A stretch of 64,000 bases of DNA. Origin: Eledone cirrhosa. Lineage: Eukaryota. The notes under the pieces were generated by a model, which ran no database searches, was not told the origin of the DNA, and saw only the letters and a program-made list of their open reading frames with translations. The translations under genes were made by a program, and so were the position numbers. The number at the start of each line of letters is the position of its first letter. The first letter of the stretch is position 1. Positions 39,415 through 52,917 of this stretch are shown here, one piece after another. The DNA lies in contig OZ024745.1 in NCBI GenBank assembly GCA_964016885.1, positions 123,752,001 through 123,816,000 of the forward strand, read 5' to 3'.

Positions 39415-41132
39415 GAAAGGAGGATACACACATACACACACATGATATATATATATTTATATATAGACACACACATATATATATACACACCCACATATGC
39501 ATGCACACACACTAACATGCACATACATAATGTTTTTTTGCATGAAGACGTTGATGATCAATTTTTTTTCTTCCCCCCATGAGATTTTTGAACTTGAATT
39601 TAACAACTTTACATTACATGGTATGTTATACAAATAACCCTTGGGATTTGAAGCTAGCTACGAGAGTTAACCAGAGTCATTTTGTTGCTTATTAAAATAA
39701 ATTTGAATGACAGCAAGCAGAAGGGAAAGAATAGGCAGAAATCAATGCCTGAAGATATCGCAAACTTGAAGGAAAACACTTAAGATTTATTACTGCAGCA
39801 ACTAATAAAAGTTTCAGGGATCCTTTCTTAAACATAAAATGTCATTACATTTAAGAAAATGTCAAGTGAAGTATCATTTCAATTTTCTTTACTATTTATT
39901 TTCTTTCCTTCTTTTGCTATCTCATAGCCTCTCTTGTTTGTGTGTTCATAGTCTTGTTTTTAGTTTTGTTGTTGTTATTGTTTTAGAGATTTTAGAAAAT
40001 GCTATAGTTTTAACAGTCATCGGCTAGCTTGTTGTATGTACTCATGGAATCAGAGAATGACTGAAGAAGAATGAATGTTACGTGGATGTCATATTGATTG
40101 AAAACATTGGGTTTAAAAGACAGAGAGAGACTGGGAGGAAAAGAGAAAGAGATGTATATAAAGAAAAGCCCATAAAGGTCAAGATAACTTGAAAATTTGT
40201 ATTTTCCAATACATGATGTCTCAAAAAGTAAATTGTTTTCAATTTTATGTGTGTGTATGTGTGTATTTGTTTTTCTTTTTTCTGTGTGTCAGTGTTTGTG
40301 TGTGCATGCATATGGATATTGTGATAGTGAGATAATGAGCAAGTCCCCATTGGCAAGAACTTTCTTACTGTTTATTACTAAATAGTTAAGCCATATCATA
40401 ACTTGTTAGTGTCTTAATACTTTTCCAGTCTACAACATAAGCAGCAGGTTGCTCTTTGACGCTAGCTCTCATAATTCAAATTATTTGTCACTCTCATTTT
40501 TATGATATTGGTGCCAGTTGTGCTGTTCATTAAGAACAAATGAAATACTGCAATTCCTCTCCGTTTATCGTTTTCACTGACAACTGCTCCTGCTGGGAAT
40601 TCTTGCTGGGGAAAAACTGTTATTTAAATAGAACCAATTTATTTTAGTTAGGTATAAATGTTCAGGAAAGCACTATGTCTGCTATTATGCTTCTGCTTCT
40701 GCTATCCAACTGACTTTGATGATGCCAGTTGTGTCAGTATGTTTAAGCATCTACCACTTACCACCTGCAAAGAGATATGAGGAATTTGCCCTCTGCCAAC
40801 ATCAGGAATTTGTCACCTAGTGGGTTTAGTGTTGTTTCTGCATGGACAGCATCACCCATGATAATGTCTTTGATGATTGTAGGACACAAGAAAATAGCTT
40901 TACAATTGAATAGCTTTACAATTGAAACAATCGCAGCGATAGAAGATATTAAGTTGTTGGATTACTGCTGATAATTTAGAGTTCAAATTTTCATGCAGTT
41001 CATTTTGTTGTGCTCTGAAACTAGGCATATTATTCAGCTTAACTGATGATGATGGTGATGATAATGATGATGATTTATATAGATATGTGTATATATATAT
41101 GTATATATATGTATATATATATATACACACAC

Positions 41133-41186
<54 letters not shown>

Positions 41187-41335
41187 ATGCTTTGGGAGAA
41201 TCATGTTGCCAATAAGAAACACACGCACCAGTTGCTTTCACTCCAATTTATTATAAATTAAATTTATAAATTTAAGAATTTATAAATTTCCGGTTGGTTG
41301 GCTGGTTCCACAACCGGACGGTTGTTCATATATTG

Positions 41336-41376
41336 TCAAAGTTCTTTCGTCACACATTCTGTGACCTCTTCAGTGA
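41336..41376 (-). ncRNA. Minimal type-I hammerhead-like motif
   Basis: tca CTGAAGA g gtcaca-gaatg-tgtgac GAAA g-aa-c TT tga. Same architecture as 10992-11033 with compensatory helix changes. Confidence 0.62.
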
Positions 41377-41574
41377 TTGGGGATTCATTTCTTTGTTTTT
41401 GTGCCTCTCCTGTGTTCTGTCCTACGCCATCTTGTTTTTGTGTGTGTATTGTGTGCTTAGTTTGCACATGTGTTACATCCGGGTGTCTGTGTGTGTTTAT
41501 ATTTGTTTATTTATTTGTTTATTTACATGTTACTGGTTGGTTGTTTGTTCTATGTGTGTGCTTTCATTTTGTCC

Positions 41575-41945
41575 TTAATTGTAAGTTGTGATGTTGCTAT
41601 TCCATTCATGTTTTCTATTTAATTTTGGTTGGAGTTCATTTATGTTTATTGCCTCTGTGATTTGTCTAAACATTGCGTCTTTTCCGTGTGTAGATTCTAT
41701 TTTTATTTCTATGTTCTCTAATTTACCCTTATGGTCTATTTTAGCATGTTGGTGGAGTACAGATGATTCTTTTCTATCTTGAAGCTCTTGCCAGTGTTCA
41801 TTTATCCGTTCTCTTATACTACGAGCTGTCTCACCTATGTACACTATATTCTTATCTCTACATTGCCCTTCAGTACATCTTATGCTATATACTATATTTC
41901 TAGTTTTACAGTTAATATGTGGGCTTAGTTTACAGATTATACATT
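41575..41945 (-). CDS. GIY-YIG endonuclease domain of a Penelope-like element (truncated ORF)
   Basis: CIICK…NCKTRNIVYSIRC…C…VYIGETARSIRERINEH…SVLHQH…RQITEAINI…PKLN, i.e. the PLE motifs VY..C..C..YIGET.R...R..EH and E…LN. Confidence 0.88.
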
Positions 41946-42425
41946 TTGGAACCAACCAACCAACCGGAAATTTATAAATTCTTAAATTTATAAATTTAAT
42001 TTATAATAAATTGGAGTGAAAGCAACTGGTGCGTGTGTTTCTTATTGGCAACATAACCCCCCCAAAGCATAACTATATCGGTTTCAACACACGTTTTCAG
42101 ATAAAGAATCTTGCTAAACAAATTCAGAAACGAAATATATATATATATACATATATATGTATATATCATCATCATCATCTTCATTTAACGTCCACTTTCC
42201 ACGCTAGCATGGGTTAGACGGGAGTTGTCCCACTTGAGGCAAGATTTGGTCGGGTGATCGTGTCTCGCTCATATAGGACTATCTGGCAGGTTTTCTACGG
42301 CTGGATACCATTCCTAACACCAACCACATTTACAGTGTGGAACTGGGAACTTTTTACCGTGTTACCTACACGGCCACATTACAGCGTGGACTGTGTGTTT
42401 TTTTCTTGTGACACCTACATGATAT

Positions 42426-42458
<33 letters not shown>

Positions 42459-42485
42459 CATACATATATATATATACATATATAT

Positions 42486-42663
<178 letters not shown>

Positions 42664-42780
42664 TTATATATATATATATAATGAAGGAGGTATGGTAAGG
42701 AACCAGATTGACCATAACGCACCAGAGTACTCAATACTTATATGGTTTTATAAAGATTAGTTTCCCTTTATTAATATTAT

Positions 42781-42824
<44 letters not shown>

Positions 42825-43224
42825 ATAATATTAATAAATGGAACTATCTTTATAAAACCATATTTATTTTATTATATATATTAGTAGACAAACTACCTTT
42901 CCTGTGGTTTTCTGCTAGCATGTGTAGTATGTATGTTGATATTATACGCAAGTATATATACATGTAGATATGATACATCAAATAAAATCGTAATTGACAA
43001 TATAAACAGAAATTGTACGAAGAAGTTGTTGCCCTGTCTTATGTAATCAGTAACGTAATCCATAAAGTGCAACTTTGAAAAGAAGTCAATTTTAAATTAT
43101 TTTTGTTTACGAAATTTAGTAGATAAATTATGTAATATTCATTCATTTTTTTATTCAAAGTAATCCAACTTATTTTACTAACAGGATGAAAGAAAAAAAA
43201 ATGTACGCAGTACCGCAGTCCTTC

Positions 43225-43286
43225 CTTTATTATAGTTTAGATTTCAAGGGTACCAAAATTTTGGTAAGCTTTCATCAGATAAAATA
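43225..43286 (-). ncRNA. Hammerhead-like motif
   Basis: tattttat CTGATGA aag-c-ttaccaaaattttggta-cc-ctt GAAA tctaaacta TA ataaag. Core intact, helix III weak. Confidence 0.6.
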
Positions 43287-43344
43287 CAAATGTTGTTTTA
43301 CAGATAGTTTTACAGATATTCAAAAACAAGAACTTAATGTTTTG

Positions 43345-43403
43345 ACTTCTGTTTGAAGAGCATACCAAAATTTTGGTACCTTTGAAATATATATAATAAA
43401 ATA
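43345..43403 (+). ncRNA. Degenerate hammerhead (C3->U)
   Basis: TTGAAGA g-ca-taccaaaattttggta-cc-ttt GAAA tatata TA ataaaata. Confidence 0.5.
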
Positions 43404-43536
43404 AATATGGTTTTATAAAGATAGTTTCCATTTATTAATATTATTGATATTATACTCCAGAAGAGTTACTGTTGAGTGCTTCTAATCTGTTATAAACTAA
43501 ATTTATTGAATAATCAACAAATTAAATAACTCATTG

Positions 43537-43570
<34 letters not shown>

Positions 43571-44094
43571 TAACACATAGCAACATGTGTAAAAGACATT
43601 CATCACCATCACAAATGAAGATAAAACTTCAAAAAGCTACTTACAGCAAAACCAATAAGTACTAAAACTAAGATAACTATGATTATCTCTACAAACACAC
43701 CTATTAAAAGAAAAGACTATAATTTATTTTGTATGAATTAATTTCTTTTCATTGTGTAACAGACGTAATAGAGATTAGAATCGGAATGTTCATCTCTCTT
43801 TTATAGTTAATCTGCCTTGTAGCAGCATTTTAAAAGCAATCGTACTTTCAAATTATCAAATTTGCCCATTTGGTGCCCCAGCATGGCCCCAGCTGGTAAA
43901 AGAGTAAAAGAATAAATATATAAATATATATATATGCATAATAATACAAGGACGATTTGTTAAGCCTTCATGACGTTTATTGATTGGAAACACGCGTTTT
44001 GCTATTGATCAGCTCAGGGTTCGATCTGTACCAATCTTGCCCGAATCTTGAATCAAAAAGCTCTGTGTGTGTATATATATATATACACATGATG

Positions 44095-44167
<73 letters not shown>

Positions 44168-44170
<3 letters not shown>

Positions 44171-44855
44171 CCGAATCAGATGCAGTGTGCAGGAGAGGAG
44201 ACTGGATTGGTATGGACATATGATGTGTATGAAGGATGACAGCCATATAAAAAGGTGCAGAGCACTCAAAGTTAATGGAAGTCATGGAGTGGGATGACCA
44301 AGGAAGACTTGGGATGAGTTGATAAAAGCTTACCTTGCTCAATTGCACCTTTCAAAGGCAATGACACAAGACTGAGATTTCTGGCATTATGCAGTAATAC
44401 GGGAGACCCACCTTCTCATGAGCCCAGGCTGAAGCATACATATAGTATGCACCACGTTCATCTCTACTCCACCTCTTATATGTCTCCCATGAACACAGGC
44501 TGAAGCATACATCTAATGTGCACCACCTTCACCTCCATCCCCCATTTATCTCGAATGTCCTAACACTCTACCCCTCACACAAGCCCAAATAGCCACATAC
44601 CCAATGCCCTCACACCACTCCCACCAAATACCCCAGCCCACACTGTAGAGTGGTCGTGGTGACAACACGACAAAAAGCACTCAGCACACACTCTAAATGT
44701 TGTTGGCGTTAGGAAGGACATCCAACCGTAGAAACCAGGCTAAAAGTAGTTCTGCATGAGCAAGGCATGGTCACCTGACGTGGCATTTTTCACAGCAGGA
44801 CAACTCATCTAACACATGTCAGCGTGGAAAAATGGATGTTAAACAGTGATGATAA
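44168..44855 (+). mobile_element. RTE 3' end with an extended 3' UTR
   Basis: IRCSVQERRLDWYGHMM…, then the same UTR modules as 36040-36552. Confidence 0.75.
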
Positions 44856-47100
44856 TATATATAAGTAAGATTCCGATTGCACCCTAATGTCAGTTTTATT
44901 GAATGTAGACCTGGATGGTGATTGCTGGGTGAAGGAGTATCAAGAATTCTAAGTGGAAGGAAGTTGTGATAGATGAAGAAAGATGTGGGCAGATGTAATG
45001 AAAGTAACATGTGGAGATAAGTTGTATTGGAGAGGCCTTGTGTATCCACTGAAAGCCAGTACTGTCTGTTTCATGGGTTGGCTGTCGATAATTAAACCAG
45101 CAATGCCACTTTAGGGTGTTACTTTGGTGAGTGGAAGGTATATGAACACTGATACAAAAAAATAACACCTGTCCTCAAGAGCAGATGAACCCTATGAGGG
45201 TGTCAACAGGAAAAGGACATTATGACTTTTGAATCTAACATTGCTGACTCTTTTGGCAATACTTGCACCCAGTTGACTCAGACATGGCTTTCCTCTGAAT
45301 GAAAGAGACACAAGAGAAGCCCGTTAGTAATTGTAAGGACCAGCCATTCCTGGCTACCAATCAACATCTCATTTCAATCATCTGTTCATGTGTGTTGTTC
45401 CAGATTGTTGGAAACAACTGATGTGTGTCATTCTGTTATCTGAAGCCAAATCCTTATACTAGCATGGAAAATAAAACATGTTATTTGTTAATAACTTTGA
45501 TAACCATATATATAATTATTATGGGATCTGTTTGTATAAAATATAATTTGCTTTAAAGACACTTCATTAATTGCTGTAACTTTAAACATTGTTTCATACA
45601 TATAATGCTATGTTAATTACCAAAGTGTTTAAATTAATACCGCAGTTTCTTAAAATCCTCTTCTCATTACTGGTTACTAATGTTCTGTGCTGCAATCTTA
45701 ATTCCTCCTTGTCCAGGAAAATAATGCAAACCAATTAGTAAGTCCAAAGGTGTTGGACTTAGGATCATAATGTGAATTTGATTACTGGACCAAATTGTGC
45801 ATTGTGTTCTTAAGCAAAATGCTTCATTTCATCTTGTTGCAATATACTCAGGTGAAAATGAGTACTAGCTGTAACTGATGGTTAACTCTTTGATGGATTG
45901 GTGTCCTGTCTAGGAGGAAGTCTTGTACTCTCAGTCGCTTAACACTGATTAACCCAGTATAAGAACTCGACAGATGAGTCTCCTGGCTTCAGTCAGACTT
46001 TAACTATTTACCACTTACCAATGAGGTAATCTATTCTTTCATTTAGCCCCCATCATCATCGTCACCATTTAACATGTTTTCAATGCTTGCAGAAGTTTGA
46101 CCAGTTATCACATTATGAAGCCTGACAGGTCAGGTGGCATCCTGCTCATACTCTGTTTTGGGCTTAGTGTTCTGTGGCTGGATGCTCTTAAGGCCAACCT
46201 CATTACAGAGTCTTTTTTTTCATGGCATCTTATAGGGTGAACTGGGTGCTTATTCTGTGTACCAGCATTACCACTTTACTGAGTGGACAGGGTGCTTTTT
46301 GATGTGGCACCAGTATGACCACCTTACAGAGTGCACTGAGTGATTTCTAGTGGCAACAGCACAACCCTCTTACACAGTGGGCTGAGTGTTTTTTGTTGTA
46401 GCATTGCACAGGGTGGAGTGGGTATGTTTTGTCATGTAAAATGAGAGAACAAGCATCAGGCTATATGCTGCTTGCTAAGAGCAGGAAGCAGTTGACATGT
46501 CAGAGAAGGAGAGCAATTGACATGTGATCAGGGTAGCCTTGACTAGAGTGAATTGTACTTGGCAGTATATTGTGGAATGTGTCCAGATGTTCATGCATTC
46601 ATGGTTCAAAAAGGGACAGCTGCACTGGGGATGCAGAAAGGTGTGGTGGTGGTAGGGTACATCATCATCATCGTTAATCAGCTATTTTCCATGCCTGCCT
46701 GGACCAGATGGGCTAGCATGCTCTTTGACTAGACGGGACATGGGGAGAGGGGTGCAAGCTATATCCAGATTGTTATGGATGGGGTAGACATTCGATAATA
46801 TTATTATATAATGTAGTCCTAAAAGTCACAGCCAGATTGTCTCTAATCATTAATCTACTTGAACAAAGCTGACCTTCGGCTAAATATCTACAAAAACAAC
46901 AAAATATTAACCACAGAACTGTTTTTTAAACATGTCTAAGTTTATGTTGCTGTCCATATTGTTTTTCTTGTTTGCTTGCCTCCCATCATGAACAAACATC
47001 ATATTAGTATCGAGAGAGTAAATGTCACCAGTGACAAATAAAAGTTCAGAAATATGTCTAACATTCTCACACAGCTTAAAGTATTTGTAATCAGACTTTA

Positions 47101-47545
47101 TCATCATCATCGTCATCTTCATTGTTTAACGTCCATCTCCCATGCTAGCATGAGTAGGACTGGCTCTCCCTTTGTGAGGGATCAGGTCAGGAGACCGTGA
47201 TTCGCTCACACAGAACTGATTTTGGCTAGGTTTCTACAGCTGAATGCCTTTCCTAACACCAACCACATTTACAGTGTGTGCTGGGTGCTTTTTGTCATGA
47301 TTCCTACACAACCACTTTACAGTGTGGACTGGGTGTTTTTTGTCGTGACACCTACACAATCACTTTACAGTGTGTACTGGGTGCTTTTTGTTGTGACACT
47401 CAACCACTTTACAGTGTGGGCTGGGTGCTTTTTCGTTGTGATACCTACATGACCACCTTACAGTGTGGACTGAGTTGTTTTGTCGCGACACCTACATGAC
47501 CACTCTACAGTTTGAACTGGGTGTTTTTTGTCATGAAACCTACAT
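47101..47545 (-). mobile_element. RTE 3'-UTR/SINE-related element with about 6 tandem ~48-bp subrepeats
   Basis: ACCACTTTACAGTGTGGACTGGGTG.TTTTTGTC.TGACACCTACAC repeated over ~47262-47545. (CAT)n tail. Confidence 0.75.
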
Positions 47546-48476
47546 GTATTTATTGTAGATAAACATATCATATATTCCTTCATATGTAGCTATTCTGAAT
47601 CAAGCTATTTTAGTTCTACTACTAATTAATTATAGTCAATGAAGCTCGCACTATATGCAAATAAGTATCACCAGCTGTGATTTTATATGCAAAATTAATA
47701 TAAGCTATAGCTGATACTTTTCTTAGTACTGCATGAGTAAATATAACAGAGGATGGATAAAAAACCAGAAACACATGCCTAGCATTCTCACATGGTTACT
47801 GAGATAGCTGTGACATGATCACAGCTTAAAACATTTGTAGTGAGACTTATGTATATTTAATAAAGATAAACATATCATATATTCCTTCATTATACACCTC
47901 TATTCTCAATCATCCTATTTTAGTTCTACTGCTATTAACATTAAGATAAGGTTCGGACTCCACATATATTTACCAAGATATTATAAAATAATGTTGTGAC
48001 CTAAGTTGCATTATTACTAAAATCTACTTTACATCCACTGAAAGAGAAAACAAATGTTTGAAATAAGTCATTGATGGCTTCATAGAATTCATTTTTTTTA
48101 ATATCTAAGTTACATTATATTAGTGTTATTATCAGCCTATCACTTTACTCATTGATGATATCGATTTAAAGTCTTCATTGCAATGTGATTCAATATTTTA
48201 TATCACTATTACCATAAGTTTTATTATTTCATTGACAATCAATAAGTTTTATTATTTCAGTCGTACCATAAGTAGTTTCACTGTTTTGTTCAAGACAGAA
48301 TCATCATCATCATCATCTGTCCATTTTTCAATGCTAGCTTGAATGGGGTGTGTATGGTCCAGTGTGGAGTGTTGTCGCTTTTTGTGGTCTGTTATTTCTT
48401 TCATGAGGTTGAGCATCTTGAGGTCAGACCTCATCACATTCTGCCACCACTTCTTCAGTCTTCCTCTTCTACAAGC

Positions 48477-48665
48477 TCGGTGGATTGGCAGTATCGTTAG
48501 AACATTGGACACCATGCATCGCCGCATAGGGTTACAGCCCTTTATGTTCTGAGTTCAAATCTCATGGTTAACTGTGTCATTCATCCTTATGGGATCAATA
48601 AAATAAAGCACCAGTAATGAACTGAGGTTGATTTAACTGTTGGCCTTGTGCCTAAATCAGAAACC
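48477..48665 (+). mobile_element. SINE family 1 copy adjacent to an RTE 3' fragment (48300-48475, -)
   Basis: Family consensus motifs present. No clear TSD. Confidence 0.78.
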
Positions 48666-49464
48666 ATTACTGTTGTCTTCCTCTCCTGGTATATCTGATA
48701 CCACCAATGGCCGTTTTCTCTCTGGGCACACTTGTGCTCTGTCATTCATACACACTTATTTTACTCATCCAACAGAGTGTGCTTACCTCATTTGTTTCTA
48801 GTCTTCGGACTTCCTATCCATTAATGTTCTGAATATGAGGTCTGATTCTAGTTCGATTTTAATATCACCTAGGCCTATTGATTCATATATTGATAGGCCT
48901 CAATCTCATGGATCAAATTGTGATTTTGTCCTCTGAAACAATTGTAAACAAATGAATATTTTTTCAAGAATTTGGTTGTTTATTCTCCTACTATAATTTG
49001 TTTAATATATATTGCCCGGCAGTATCATAACTACTACAGATGCATTATATAATCTTTACTCAATTCACAGAGAGGGAAAAGCTATTTGTTCCCAACAGAG
49101 ATATAAAGTTCCCTGATCTTTTCCAACTATCCTTCTTGCTACTATCCTTTTATCACAACCACCTATATTGCTGATTAGGTCATCTCTGTAACAGAAGCTA
49201 CCAACTAGCCCTAGCAAGCCTTCTAGGTAGTTTAACAACTTCAACTTGTAGGTGCTCTTACTGTTAGACCTTTCATTATCCTGTTTCTAATGAAAGACAG
49301 TGCTTATGATTTTCAAATCATTTTGAAAAATTATCAAGAATTTGATAAGATTTAGTAATATAACTAAATGTCTCATTATGAAGCTAGTGTTTGGAATCTG
49401 ATTTCATACAGATTTTTACATAAAATTATGATGGAAGATTTTTAGATAATTATAAGTACTTTAA

Positions 49465-49684
49465 CCCTTTAACATTTAAACTGGCTGTTTCCGGCCAGCA
49501 TCTCTTGTCTCTTTCTGTTCAAACCAGCTGTAACTGGCTTCTCATACTTATGTTAAGGTATTGTTCTCAAAATAAATAATGTCAAAATCTCATAGATTAG
49601 ATATTATGTGAAATATTTATGTGCGGTAAAGCCATTACTGTGAAAATACAATACTAAATGTGGAGTAATGTGAATGCTAAAGGG
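49465..49684 (+). mobile_element. piggyBac-type MITE
   Basis: TTAA CCCTTTAACATT…AATGCTAAAGGG TTAG. Confidence 0.82.
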
Positions 49685-49939
49685 TTAGGACAAACAGTTC
49701 TGTATCTTAGAAACAGAGGTAGTTTGGTATCAAAAGGGTTAACCACTTATGTGTATCTACATATGGAGATTTTCTTTCTTTTCAGCCTGTCTGCCATCCC
49801 ATTTTACATTTTATGCACTCCTAGTTTGTATTTGGTATATTCTATTAAGTTTCTAGCTTCTCTTTTGTTGCATGTCAAGCATGATTATTTCCAAAGGGGC
49901 TGTAGATGACTGTTATCTTTTCTGACTAGTTGCTATTAA

Positions 49940-50138
49940 CCCTTTATCAATTAAACTGGTCATATCTGGCCAGAATTCTCTCACCTCTTTCTGTTCAAAA
50001 TGGTCATAACCAGCTGCTCATACTTATGTTAAGGTATTGTTCTCAAAATAAATAATATCAAAATCTCATTGATTTGATATTATGTGAGATAAAGCCTTTA
50101 TCATGAAAATAAAATAGTATATATAGAGTAATAAAGGG
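49940..50138 (+). mobile_element. piggyBac-type MITE
   Basis: TTAA CCCTTTA…TAAAGGG TTAA. Collinear with 574-790. Confidence 0.82.
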
Positions 50139-51104
50139 TTAAATACAAATTTATTTTTCTAAAACATCTAAGTTTTTTCTGATTGTATGGTGAGATTAAG
50201 ATTAACTGTGTGCCACATGAAACCACATTAGCTAGACATTCTTTCTACAAAACAATGCCATAACTGCATCACAATAAAACATTATGGCTCTACTTTAGTT
50301 TACTGCCAATTTTCACAAAAATCTGTCCACTAGTAGATACTATAAACATTTAAATTAACAAACCTCTTTTTAGATATTTTCTGCTAAATTATTACAGGAT
50401 ATAAAGAGTTAAGTAATTAGAGTTTCATATAAGTGTTGGTCAAATTGATTATTTTCTTCATCGTTTTTTTTTATTATTTATTAATCAAGTCATTTATTTT
50501 ATTAGATAATTGTTTTTAGACTTGAAAATGTTGGTATTTGTTTAGACAGCAGTACCTTAATGGCTGAAACATTTCTGAATTGACTCACCACATCAAGACT
50601 GATCATTTGGGAGGGCATGATTGCCATATCATGGCTTAGTTCTATGAAGTGCGCTAATTCTTTTCAAATACTAAAGTGGACTGTCCATGAGGCATGGGTT
50701 GTTAATCAGGAAATGGCTTAATGATTGTTTTCCTGAGTCTACAATAAAATTGTTTTGAAACAAAAGATTCAATATCAGTGTTATTGTTCTTAATGTGAGC
50801 AAAATGCTTGACAAAGTATCAGCTTCATTAAATTAGTGTTGCTGCTTATTATTAATTTAAGGCATTCCTAATTTAATTTTGACGTGTTTACGGGCATCTC
50901 TATGAGATAGAGTTGACAGGGTCTTGACACAAACAACCTCTGGTCAACTCAAACTGGTTGTCACTGTTATTCTTGTGAGAGTTTATCGCTAATCATTAGT
51001 CTGGAATGTTTTACTAAATGTAAATGGAAGTATGTTAAGTAAATTCATGTTGTACACTTTACTATCCATTTAAAAGGACACAAAACACTACCCCCTATGG
51101 AAGA

Positions 51105-51425
51105 GGAGTAAAGACCCCCTTCGGTCATGAATATTCATGGGATTTCCACCAAAATGTTCCTCTCTGAGGCCAAGTCTGAGCAGGGTTTTTTGTGAAAGAC
51201 CAGCAGTCGCCCATGCATACAGATATCTCCTCTCCATACCACCATTGTTGTTCAAGGGAAAAGTCATTGGCCAATAGTTTGGCACCAGTGATGTCATAAC
51301 TCATTTCTACAGCTGAGTGAACTAGAACAACATGAAAGAAACAACATATCACCCAGTTTGGGAATTGAACTCACAAATTTACAATAGATAGCGCAATACT
51401 CTAACAATTAATCCATGCGCCTTCA
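51105..51425 (-). mobile_element. SINE family 3 copy
   Basis: Reverse-complement similarity to 34630-34955. Confidence 0.72.
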
Positions 51426-51724
51426 CTATAAATGGCATATGTTTACAGTAAATTGCCTGCTTGAAGTTAGTATATATACAGCAAGTGTTTGAAAGCCATA
51501 TTTATGTTTTATAGCCAGATGCCATTTCTGGTAACAGCATATTTAGTCACCTTTTACAATATGCAGGGATACAGTATTCTAATCTGGATACACACAATAA
51601 AAGCTATTCACTTGTGTAAAAATGTACCTTCTTAATTCTCTACCTGTCATCCTCTCAACGATCTGCCTATAAACCTTCAACTGGGAATATTTTCTTCCTT
51701 CATATGATAAGGATATACATAAAA

Positions 51725-52035
51725 GGGAGCCCTGCGTGGTTGGGTGGCTATTGCAGCGGGTGTCACTGGCCATCGTCCGAGGGAATGCTTTTGCCGTCTT
51801 GTCAGCAGGCGGGGTGCAGCACTTATGCCCTCTTGCCCTAGACCAAAAGCCCAATCACCCTTCCCCCTTCATCCCTCCCTCTCTTCTGCGACACCAGAGC
51901 TCTTGCCATCCCCTCCCTTTCATGTTCTTTTTTCTTCTTTCCCTCTTTTTTTTCCTATATTTTTCTATTCTTTCTTTCCTTTTGTTTCCCCCCCCCCTTT
52001 TTTTTTCTTACTAAATAAGGTTTGTTTTTGCTTTT
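51725..52035 (+). mobile_element. CRE/SLACS-like element 3' end
   Basis: VGWLLQRVSLAIVRGNAFAVLS plus a pyrimidine-rich UTR ending AAATAAGG(T)nGCTTTTA. Inverse homolog of 56105-56420. Confidence 0.78.
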
Positions 52036-52917
52036 AAATAAATTGCCATATATATTTTTCATTAATGGAAAAAAAAAATTTAAACTATACCTACTTACTG
52101 ACAAAATTTATAATGAATTGTAGAGTTTGACTTACTGTAAAAGCATTTGAATTGTGATAGATTTTTAGAAAGTATTTAAGTATAAGGCTTATGATCCTGA
52201 TACTAAGTATCTTAATGATAATGTTTAGCAGCTCAGGATTCAAAATTGACAACCTTGAATGTTGGTTTGCAATTCCTATCAAAATTAGAAAGGTCTTTAC
52301 TAAGTATATAGAAGAGAATGATATATTCAAGAGCGTACTTATTTAAGGTATGTTGTATACCTTTAACTGAAATTTGGTTCTGATTAATATCATCTCAAAT
52401 ATTAGCATTTTCATATTATTGATTGTTGTACGGATACTATGATTGGAATATCTGGTCAAAGCTATGATTGAGAACTGCTTGAAAGCCAAAGTAGTCACCT
52501 GTTGAGCTGTACCTGTAATACAATTCATGATTGTTGCCATTTCACTTCCCTTATGCTCAAGGGAAAGAGTGTATACTATGACGCTATTAACTTTTCCTAT
52601 ACATCTAAAAACCTTTCTAAATAATTAAAGAACAATTTTTGATCAGAATCTGCAGAATTTGTTCTAAATGTTATCTTCAGTACACCACAGGGTGCCTTAC
52701 AGAGAAGTACACATCATTCTATATGCAGCATATATGAATATAACCAGCAATAGAAACCACTTCATACAACATGATTTTGTTAGCCTGTTCACAGAAACAA
52801 AGTTTTAAAGTTTTCTTTAGAATGAGTGTAATCCACTGAAATGTCAGGAATATTAAGATTTCAAGAGAATATGCATTGGTGTCCTGTTTTGTTTGTGACT
52901 AAATAGGAAAAATATCA

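Larger units (their letters stand above)
41182..42135 (-). mobile_element. 5'-truncated Penelope-like element with an inverted pLTR
   Basis: GIY-YIG ORF flanked by ~125-bp inverted repeats (about 41182-41309 and 41948-42075). (TA)n on both sides. Hammerhead downstream of the ORF. Confidence 0.9.
42820..43540 (+). mobile_element. PLE-type element of the same family as 7628-7825 and 24968-26069
   Basis: Short inverted arm (about 42820-42875), full arm with tail (about 43396-43540), two opposed hammerhead motifs between them, and (TA)n flanks. Confidence 0.68.

Noticed and set aside
42075-42110. Hammerhead on the minus strand (CTGAAAA…GAAA)
   Set aside because: Core mismatch and no consistent helices I-III.
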